From Torpedo marmorata (lineage: Eukaryota): a stretch of DNA of 64,000 bases. Below the pieces are notes generated by a model. It was not told the DNA's origin and ran no database searches. It worked only from the letters and a program-made list of their open reading frames with translations. Every line of letters begins with the position of its first letter. Position 1 is the first letter of the stretch. The stretch is from the NCBI GenBank assembly GCA_977017645.1, contig OZ360228.1:8804001-8868000 (forward strand), given 5' to 3'. Both the position numbers and the translations under genes were made by a program. This document shows, one piece after another, positions 13,501 through 23,176 of the stretch.

Positions 13501-13800
13501 GGATGTTGGCGGGACTGCCTCAGGGATGATGAACTCCCAGAATGCACCTCACAGATGGATGGGAAAGAACCTATGATAGATACTATTAGAAAAAGAACAA
13601 GAATAGTTTCTCTACACCTTAGTATCCAGGCAGATATGTATCCCTTGACCAACACCACTAAAATAGACAATGCAATCATTATCATGTTGCCAAGTGTGAG
13701 ATCTTGTTTAACCTAAATTAGCCGCAACATTTCCTATATTGCAACAGTAACTGTACTTCAAAAATATTTTTTGGACACGAGGCATGATATAAGCACATTC
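13500..13800 (+). mobile_element. DeuSINE (SacSINE/AmnSINE-like) core, degenerate
   Basis: atcccttgaccaacaccactaaaatagac...cattatcatgttgc...catttcctatattgcaacagtaactgtacttcaaaa matches the recalled Deu-domain consensus. Related copies at about 2920-3260(-), 7630-7900(+), 52800-53120(+), 57420-57800(-) and 63800-64000(+). Confidence 0.6.
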
Positions 13801-14026
13801 CGTTTTTGATGTGCTATAAATGGAGGTTTAGCATTGGCTATAGTAGAGGGATGATTTGACTGGGTGCAGCAGAAGAGACTGGCCTGTTTCTGGGCACTCA
13901 TGAATCTGCTATTGAAATTAGTTCATGGCCGTTTGCCTATTAAGCAAGGTTTCTGCATAAGTAATGAGTCTTCCTGTAAGCTCGAGGAGAATGCTGAAAT
14001 CTTTTTCTTCTTCTCGCCTCTCTCAG

Positions 14027-14484
14027 AATCTCCCAGGACTTCTTCCACGACTTCGCTGAGCAGCCATGACAGGATGTCCACGGTCACCGTCTCCACCAGC
14101 TCCACCTCGGTCAACACTGACTGCTCAGACAACGAGCGCCCCGTGAGCGCCGGCTCCTTGGGTTCCTTGCAGGGTTGCCGTGGCTCCTTGGATGCTTCTG
14201 TCCCGGGCACCCGATCCTCGGAGACTTCGACCCGATTGGGCGATGATATCCGAGTGGAGCTGGCTCCGCCCCTGCGAGCGCTGAAGGCTGAGTGGGAATG
14301 CAACAACAATAACAACTTGGCGGACCGGTCGAACTTGAATGTCAACTTCCGTCAGCTCCCTATGTCTCCCATAGCAACCAGGGCCATGGCCCCCAACCCT
14401 AAACTGTCGTATGTGGACAGGGTCGTCATGGAAATAATTGAGACTGAGCGAATGTATGTGCAGGATCTGAGGAGCATCATTGAG
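14027..14484 (+). CDS. PLEKHG3: PLEKHG3 exon (first secure coding exon in window): Ser-rich N-terminus and start of DH domain
   Basis: Acceptor tttttcttcttctcgcctctctcag|AATCT; reads (E)SPRTSSTTSLSS...ERPVS...NNNNN...PKLSYVDRVVMEIIETERMYVQDLRSIIE; donor GAG|gtgggt. ERPVS, NNNN and ETERMYVQDLRSI match recalled PLEKHG3. The phase-1 start implies an upstream coding exon, or an internal ATG start. Confidence 0.93.
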
Positions 14485-16352
14485 GTGGGTGTCTGACCTT
14501 TCATCTCTTCCACTGATGGTACAAAGCTTTCAGAGCAGAACGTAAATGAGGTAGGATATGAATAAATAGCAAGAGCAAACCAGAGATGTTTTGGGAAATG
14601 AGGATAATGTTGGTGTTAAATGGTTTGAGGGTTAGGCAGCACCCATGGAGCAACAGTGGTGATAATGTTTCTAGTCAATGTCCTCCCATCAGAACTTTCT
14701 TTGTGCTCTCCTGCAAAGATCATTGACTTAACTCTGTTCCCGTCTCCACAGATGCTGCTTGACCTGCAGAGAATTTCCAATTTTATTCTGCAATTCTGGT
14801 CTCCTTGTCATGTGACTTTTTTGGTGTTGGGTTGTACTGATACCTGAATTGAAGAGATTTTTAAGTCTTCTGGGAAGATGTCCAGGATGAGACTAATTGT
14901 TCTGTTCTTTCGATGAGATAGTGCAGATGTCCTGGATGCCACGGTTAGTGCAATGCTATTGTAGTGCCAGTGACCCAGGTTCAAATCGCCGCTGTCTGTG
15001 AGGAGCTTGTACGGTCTCCCCGTGAGCCCATGGGTTTCTTCTGGGTGCTCTGGTTTCCTCCCACGTTCCAAAGATGTATGGGGTTAGTAGGTTAAATGGT
15101 CACATAGGTGTATTTGGGTGGTGTGGGCCGGAAGGGCCTCTTACCGTGCTGTATCTGCAAATTTAAAAAAAGAATGACCTCTTCCTGTGCTTTATTCTGG
15201 ATGCACTGCTGTTTGATGGAAGGATCTTTTTGAATTGAGCAATGCAACTTCTTAAGCAGCCAATATCTCTTTGGCTGACGGTGGCTCTTCTCTTGTTGGC
15301 CCTTGTTAAATATTCTACCTCATCCACCCTGGGATATGGTTGTTGGATGGCTTGTTGGAGCCACCTGCAATCCTTGGTTGATGGGCTTTTCCATCACCAA
15401 CTTTGGCAAACTCCCAGAATTGAAACTGGGACAATCAGCACCAGATTGGGGAGCGACAATGTCGCACAACTACTGCAATCTGTTACAGGCCTGAAGATAT
15501 TTAATAAGCACAAGGTCATTATTGTTCCCCTTGCCCAACATTGGAAGGTTCTGCTTCGGTGGCTGGTTCCCACAACAAAGCAGAAGTCCATCAGTCTCTT
15601 GCTATTCAGTACTGATTCATATTCGAAAGGAATCCCATTGCAGGGCCTCGATTTCATTCGAAAGGCAATCTATCATTCTGCTGTCGTGTGCATGTGGCTC
15701 CTTTAAGCCATTCGCATTGGATGGTTAATGATATCTACCATTGTCTGGAGACTAGAACCCAGATTTGATTGTGGAAAGGTTGATTAAGGCCTCTCAATGA
15801 TTGTGAGAGCTGAATTCAATTGCCCCAATATTATGTAGGTGTGATTATAGGATTTAGCATGTGCCCCTTGATTACAAGGCTGGCTGATGCCAAGATTGTG
15901 CAGCCTGCTGTTGGAATGACCCAATCGGTGCCAAGAGTGCTGTCGATTGGCTGACATGTTAGCAGGTGGCGAACATTGTGATAGGCTAGCTTGAGTTAAA
16001 GCTCAACAACAGCTTATATTCCATCTCAGGAGTCTCCAACAAGACTTCTCCAATTTCCCCTCCCCCCTGTTATTTTTTTATTCCCTCCTCCCGCTTTCCC
16101 TCATTCCTCTGACTCCTTTCCTTCTCCTTGCCTGTCACGTACACCTTCCTTCCTCCAGCTCCCTGCCCCTTTGCCCTCCTTCCTCCCATTAGAGTTCATC
16201 ATTTTCAGCCCTCTGCCCCCTCCAATCACACGAGCTTGTTTCTTCCCCCTCTCACCGGCATTCACCTATCACATGTAAACTTCTGCTCCTCCCTCCTTCC
16301 CCTCCCTCCCACCCACCTTCTTATTCGGGCGTTTGCCCAATTTTTGTCATTC

Positions 16353-16380
16353 CTGATGAAGGGCTCAGGCCTGAAATGTC
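16353..16380 (+). ncRNA. Minimal hammerhead ribozyme motif in a Penelope-derived repeat
   Basis: CTGATGA A GGGC TCAG GCCT GAAA T GTC: core boxes CUGAUGA and GAAA, stem II, and a GUC cleavage triplet; stem I imperfect (cattc/gactg). Confidence 0.6.
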
Positions 16381-17373
16381 GACTGCCAATTGCTTTCCAC
16401 GAATGCTGCCAAAGTTCCTCCAGCACTTTTGTGTTTTGTTCCATGTTGATTAATGCAAGCTTGCAACTCTGCAGGGGGAGTGCATGGTGACTACAACCGG
16501 GGGGGGGGGGGGGTTGCATTTGTGCAGCGAGTGAATGTGAGCTGGGAATCTATCCCAGGAACAGAGTGAGGGGGACACCAAACCTTGGTGGAGAAGGTGC
16601 TCAGCAGAGGATGGCCCATTGATCGAGGACGGAGACCCCAAAGGCAGTGGGACCAGTTGTGCTCAGTGGTAGGAGTTGATCCCCAATGGCTTGGATACAA
16701 AGCAGCAAAAATTCAATAACTGTGTGACTGCTTAGAGACGGTGAATGCATCCTCAGATGCTGCCTCTCACCGGACAGTAAAAATGGAATCATGATGTACT
16801 CTCTCTGCAGTGTGCTGGTAGTACTGAACATGCACATGTGCTAATGTCTTGAATGACCAGAGACTTAGAGAGGAAGATGAGTATTCTGTGGCCTGCTATT
16901 ATGGGGATCGAGGGGAACTTGCAGTGCCCAAATACTATTACCTTTTTGCCACCTGTATGTTGGTCCATCTGCTTCTGGAGTTTTGGGGTATATTCTGCAC
17001 TAGGTAGTGTGATGTTACCATGGAGATGAAGAACAGACATAATTTCAACACTATTTAGAAAAGTAATCAAACAAACACTCCCGATACCTTGCGTAATGCT
17101 ACCTCAAGTATCGCTTGTTAGTCTCCGCCTCATTGAGAGAGCGCTAACCAGCTGTGATTCACACCCATGTGCATTGCAACTTGCAATTCTCCATCAGGAA
17201 TAACCCAAGGTCTTTCAAAGCTGTTCGGTGCAGTGCACAACTCCAGAAGGGCACCGAGAAACGTATTAAAATCTTCCTGAGGGCAAACTGTCTACGGTAA
17301 ACTGTGTACACAATAACATGAATTTTAACGCCCGTGCACAATCTCAATGGATTAAATCTTTACCATTCATCCC

Positions 17374-17919
17374 CAGTGTGTATATTCCCAATAGTTTGAA
17401 AGAACTTCAAGGTGTGTATAGTGACTTCAATCCAACAAATAGTCACTTGGAGGCTAGGCGTTTCAATTAATTTACTAACAAGTCCAATAGGTTCAAAAAC
17501 TTTATTTACACATGATGACTTGTAGCAATCTTCAATGACTTAAATATCTTTAACAAAATATAAACAATTCTTGATAATGATGATTAATAATGATTCTTTA
17601 AAACGTCTTTAAACTTCCTTTAAAACGATTCTTTATAACTTCCTTTAAACGGTCAATGAAAGCTATGGCGATCTCACTCACCCTCTAGGTCGCCATATTC
17701 TTATAATACTACTTCCGATTCACGCGCATGCTCCACCGCGCATACTCCAGCCTCCTAACCCACTGCGCATGCGCCTGTCGTCACTCCCGCGCAGGCGCAG
17801 AGTACTCAATAGTCCAAGCACCGCCTACTAAACACAACGACTCCTCCAACACCCGCGGTATACATCGGAACGCCGCGATTAAGGTAAGACACGAGCCTTT
17901 GGCTCTTGCAGTGTGTATA
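17374..17919 (-). mobile_element. LTR-like promoter/polyA cassette bounded by an 11-bp direct repeat, family unknown
   Basis: cagtgtgtata at 17374-17384 and 17909-17919; CpG-rich segment with NRF1-, ETS-, TATA- and YY1-like motifs and then AATAAA, all ordered on the minus strand. Confidence 0.5.
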
Positions 17920-18409
17920 ATCAGTGTACAAATCAAAATGGACCAAACCCATTCCTGTTTTTTCAATGCAGCACACCAAGGTGCTGGAGAAACTCAGCAG
18001 GCCACGCAGCATCCATAGGAAGTAAAAGGCAGTTATGTTTCAGGCCTGAGCCCTTCTTCAGGAGTGCTGAAAATCAGGCAGGCACCTGATTAAGAAGGTG
18101 GGGGGGGTGGGTGGGTAGAGGAGAGGGGGAGGAGCACATGCTAGCAGGTAAGAAATCCTATCACTACTCAGCTTCTTTCTCTTCTACTCTCCCATCTGTA
18201 TCCACCTATTACCTCTTATCTGTTAGCCTGTTCTTGTTTACTTTTTTTCTAAAATCAAGAAAGAAAACAAATGAGTGCACAGCAAGGAGCCTTGCCCTGT
18301 TCCTCACATTTTGAAGTGGTTCTGCAGATCTCCTAAACTTCAGTTCAATTCCACATTGCAAGGTCTTGCATCAAGAACTTTGTCTACCTTTCTGTGATCT
18401 TTCTGTGAT

Positions 18410-19088
18410 CAGGGGAACACGACCCAGTCCTCATCGAGGGCTCAGTATTGGAGAGGGTCAAGAACTTCAAATTCCTGGGTGTCAACATCTCCGAGGATCT
18501 GTGCTGGAGCCTCCAATTTGATTCAATCACAAAGAAGGCTCGTCAGCGGCTATACTTTGTGAGGTATCTGAGGAGATTTAGTATGTCACTGAAGACTCTC
18601 GAAAACTTCTACAGGTGTACCGTGGAGAGCATTCTGGCTGGTTGCATCACTACCTGGTATGGAGGCGCCAACTCCCAGGACAAGAGTAAACTCCAGAGGG
18701 TTGTTAACTCGGCCTGTGACATCACAGGCATCAGACTTCACTCCATCGAGGACATCTACATGAGGCGGTGTCTTAAAAAAGCAGCCTCTATCCTCAAAGA
18801 CCCCCACCACCCAGGCCATGCCCTCTTCACTCTGCTACCATCGGGAAAAAGGTACAGGAGCCTAAAGACAAGCACTCATCGGCACAAGGACAGCTTCTTC
18901 CCCGCTGCCATCAGATTCCTGAATAATCAATGAACCAAAGCCACTGCCTTACTTTTCGTGCACTATTATTTATATATTTTTTAAAGTAATGTCGTAAGAT
19001 GGTTATAATATGAATGTTTGCACTATGATGCTGCCGCAAAACACCGAATTTCATGAGTTGTTCATGACAATAAATTCTGATTCTGATC
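18410..19088 (+). mobile_element. Rex1/Babar LINE 3' fragment
   Basis: ORF ERVKNFKFLGVNISEDL...HKDSFFPAAIRFLNNQ* and the same 3' UTR and tail as the 5626 copy. Confidence 0.92.
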
Positions 19089-19089
19089 T

Positions 19090-19694
19090 TCAAAGTTCAG
19101 ATTTATTGTCAGAGTACATGCATGACATCACATACAACCCTGAGATTCTTTTTCCTGCAGGAATTTCTACTTATTGGTTGTGCAAAAAAATGTACTCAAG
19201 AAAAGATATGAAAAAAAGAGAGAAATGAAAACAAGAAGGCAGTGTAAACAAACTGCAATACCAAAAATAAATATTCAATAATAAATACTGTGCAAAGTAA
19301 GAGTCCTTCAATGAGTCTCTGATTGTGTCTGTTGTTTAGGAGTCTGATGGTGGAGGGGTAGCAACTGTTACTGAACCTGGTGGTGGCAGCAGCGAGAACA
19401 AAGCGTGTCCTAGGTGGTGTGGATCCTTGATGATTGCTGCTGCTCTCCGACAGCAACGTTCCCTGTAGATTTTCTCGATGGTGGGGAGACTTTTGCCTGT
19501 GATATGCTGGGCTGTGACCATTACATTTTGTAGGCTTTCTGCTCAGAGGTATCGGTGCCTGCATACCAGGCCGTGATGCAGGCAGTCAGCACACTTTCCA
19601 CTACACATCTGTAGAAGTTTGTCAAGGTTTTCGATGTCATACCAAACCTCTGAAACACCTGAGAAAGTAGAGGTGCTTGACGTGCTTTCTTCAA
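19090..19694 (-). mobile_element. Second Rex1/Babar family, 3' fragment
   Basis: AQHITGKSLPTIEKIYRERC...AAAIIKDPHH...YPSTIRLLN on the minus strand; 3' end appears as ttcagatttattgtcagagtac on +; homologous to 48645-49366. Confidence 0.85.
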
Positions 19695-21278
19695 GTGCAG
19701 CAGGTGGGGAAAACGGTTGTATTAATGTTTATTGTGACTGAATGATCTGTGGAATTGTAAATAAAGAAAACACTAAATGCAGGTTATTTCTATGGCGATT
19801 TTGGACCCTTCTGCAACCCATGTTGTTCAAAATGCAGCCACGGTGTAAAGTAGGCAATGTAGCAATTTGTGCATGGAAAGCTCCCATATGTGCTTGTCCT
19901 CGTCATTACTGCCATCTGTGCAGGACACTGTTGGAGAATATTGGCCAGGTCATCAGGGACACTGCTTCCCTGAAATGGTGCTGTGGAATGTCATGCTTCA
20001 TTTCGTAAGGCAGGCGAGGTCTTGGTTTTACATCTGCACTGCAGTGGCACAGCTGGCAGAGTTGCTGGCTCCTGGGGCCAGATCCTCGGGTTCGACCCTG
20101 ACCTTTGGTGCTACCAATATGGAGTTGGAACGTTCAACCAACGACCTTGTGGGTTTTCTCTGGGTGCTCCACTCCTCCCACATCCCAAAGACATGGGAGT
20201 TGGTAGGTTGATTGTCTGCTTTGCATTGCCCCTAGTTTGGAGGCAAGTGGTTGAATCGTGTCTGGGGAAAATAAAATGGAAATAATGTAAGATTAGTGTA
20301 TAAGCAACTGACGGTTGTCATGGACTCATTGTGCCAACAAGCCTGTTCCTATGTGTATATCTGCAATATTATGACTCATTCAAAGTTTGGTGGTTGTTCA
20401 GTGCCACACTCCCCCTCTGGACGTGTTTGTGCTGCGGAGTGGTAAGGTTCTGAGTTGGAAGAGCATGTGGTGCCAATGCTAATAGGTAAAGAGTCATCAG
20501 TTTCAAACCCATGCTTGCTTCTGGCCAGTTTTGAACCAGGCTGTAGATGGAGGTCCAGCCTGAAACAATTGGCATCTGTTGTCAGTGCTCAGAAGCCCAG
20601 GTGAAAACTGGAGTAGTTTCTTTATCCCTTATCTTTGCTTTCTGTTTCCTGCTGATCAGTGGGTCATTTTCTTCCCTTTGTTATGGCAATACCCTCAATC
20701 TAATCTTTGCAATTAAGGCTTAAGAACAGGCTCCTTTAAACATTGCCTTAGATTCATTAAACGTGGTGCAAATACTTGGCTACATTTATTGCATTGTGTC
20801 AGTCACATTAATTTGCTTCTGAGAGACAGCTCAGAAATAAATTGGATTGGGACTGCCCTTTGAACCGTGTTTAAGCAAAGGCTTCATTCTACCAAACACG
20901 ATAGGTCATTAAGAAGAAGATTTAATAAATTACACAATACCAGGGATGGAGTGGCTACAGGCATTTGGATTGTTTTCCTGGACATGTTCCATATTTGGGA
21001 AAGATTTAATGGTTGCGTTCAAAATTCTGAAAGGTTTTGATATGGTAGGTAAACAGCTTCTACTTCCGGAAGATCCATGATCAGAGAGCAGATTTAAGAT
21101 AGTTGGTCAAAAGCAAGAGGAGTGAGTGGTTGTGATTTTATTTTATTTTTTTTGTGTGGGGAGTTGAGATCTCGGACGCACTGTCTGAAAAGATGGTGGA
21201 ACCTGATTCATTCGAAGCATTCAGAAGGGAATAGGGTAATATAACTTAACAGGGCAGTGAATAAAGAGGCAGGGAAAA

Positions 21279-21522
21279 TGTGGTAAACCACTGTTTGTGT
21301 ATTGTATGTACTGCTGTCTGTCCCGGCGACTCCTCTCCCCTCCTTTGGGTGTCCAGGTAATCCCTCCCCTTTTCTCACCCGAATAAAGCCCTGTGTGCTA
21401 CGGCTCCGCCCACAGTCCGGGATAGATCTGCAGGTCCACTGTAGGTCTGTTTTATGTGTATTAAAGCCTATGGTTCGTTAACCCTCTCATAGTCTCTTGA
21501 GTGCCAATTGATAGGCATATCA
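21279..21522 (+). repeat. 5' LTR of Gypsy element
   Basis: tgtggtaaacc...ggcatatca; differs from the 3' LTR at 3 of 244 positions by manual comparison. Confidence 0.97.
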
Positions 21523-21546
21523 ATTTAATACACATAATAAAAAGTT

Positions 21547-23176
21547 ATGGAAGGCGCCCTCCGACCGGACCGACTGGACATCGACCCTTTAGCTCCTGAC
21601 GCTGGCCATGCATTCGAACACTGGCTACACTGCCTCCGATCGTTCTCAAAGGAGGTCAAGGCCGAAAGCGACGAGCAGAAACTAGAGGTCCTCGTATCCA
21701 GGGTAAGCCCTCGGTTGTATTCGACCATCTGGAAATGCGGAATGTACGACGAGGCGATGGAGGCGCTGAGAAAGATCTATGTGACCCCTGTTAATGAGGT
21801 CTACGCAAGGTATAGACTATCGTTACGAAAACAGCGGGCCGGGGAGTCAATAGTGGACTTTGTCAGGGACATCCAGTCCCTAGTGCGAGCGTGCGCCTGT
21901 AAAGCGCTGACCGAAGAACAACATGTTGATCTGCTGGAGAGGGACACCTTTATTATGGGGATGAGTTCAGTCTATGTACGCCAGCGGCTGCTGGAGCACT
22001 CCGACCTCGATCTCCGTTCTGCGGTGGCGATGGCTCGCACGCTGGAGTCCGCGCTGCAGAACTCCGACGCGATGCAGACGCGGGACCCCCAGCCTAATGC
22101 GTGGATTGCCCCGTCCCCCAGCCCCACCGATCCAACTGTGGCCTGTGACCCGATTGTTGCCGCCGCACCCGCGACCCGACCGCTACTCTCACCGCAGCAG
22201 CTGTTAATCGCGAGCCCGAGAAATGCTACTTCTGCGGGCTCGACAAGCATACGAGGAAACGCTGCCCGGCCCGCGACGCGACTTGTTCCAACTGCGGCAA
22301 GAAAGGCCACTTCGCGAAGGCCTGCCGCTCCAAGCCGCGCGCGGGCCCGAGTAGTGCCGCGTGCGAGAGATGGGAGCGGCCATCTTGCAGACTGGCACTT
22401 CCGGCGCCGACCGCGTGTGAGGAGTGGAAGCGGCCATCTTTCATGCTGGCACTTCCGGCGCCGCCATCTCAGAGCAGTACCTCGTTACTTCCTGCACTTC
22501 CGGCGCGCCATTTTGTACAGAGACCTCCAGCGACACGTGCAACCCACAGGAGCGGCCATTTTTAAAGACCTCGGACCAAGACGACTTCACCCCAACTTTG
22601 GCATCCATCACCCTCGACCAGAACGTTCCCCACCAGCTGACAAGATCCATGATGGACATACTGGTCGAGGGACACAAGATAACGTGTTTATTCGACACTG
22701 GCAGCACTGAGAGCTTTATCCACCCGGATACTGTTCAACGCTGTGGCCTAACGATCGTACCGGTAAGCCAGAGGGTGGCCATGGCATCCGGGTCCCACAC
22801 AACCGACATCCGGGGGGCGTGTGTGGCGAACATTGTGGTACAAGGGACAGAGTACCGGCAATTTTCCTTGTTTGTGATGAACCGTTTGTGTGCGCCGGTA
22901 TTACTGGGTTTGGATTTTCAGAGCCATTTGCAGAGCGTTACAATGCGGTATGACGGTCCTCTCCCCGCGATCACTGTAGCCAACCACCAGTTTCTGGATA
23001 GCACGCCCGAAACCACCTGTGGTCTCTCCACTCTTAAGATCTCGCCTCCGTCGTTGTTTGCGAACCTGACCCCGGACTGTAGGCCTGTGGCAACTAAAAG
23101 CAGGCGTTACAGTGCCGAGGACAGAGCATTTATCAAGACAGAGAGGTACAGAGATTGCTACAGGAAGGGATTATAG
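21547..23176 (+). pseudogene. Gypsy gag and aspartic protease, frameshifted
   Basis: MEGALRPDRLDIDP... capsid-like region in one frame. Tandem zinc knuckles CYFCGLDKHTRKRC and CSNCGKKGHFAKAC (about 22224-22330) lie in a second frame. The protease motif CLFDTGS (about 22684-22704) lies in a third frame. Confidence 0.9.

Noticed and set aside
22170-22710. Arg-rich C-terminal extension of the 387-aa gag ORF as a novel domain
   Set aside because: It is the out-of-frame reading after a frameshift. The real zinc knuckles are in another frame.
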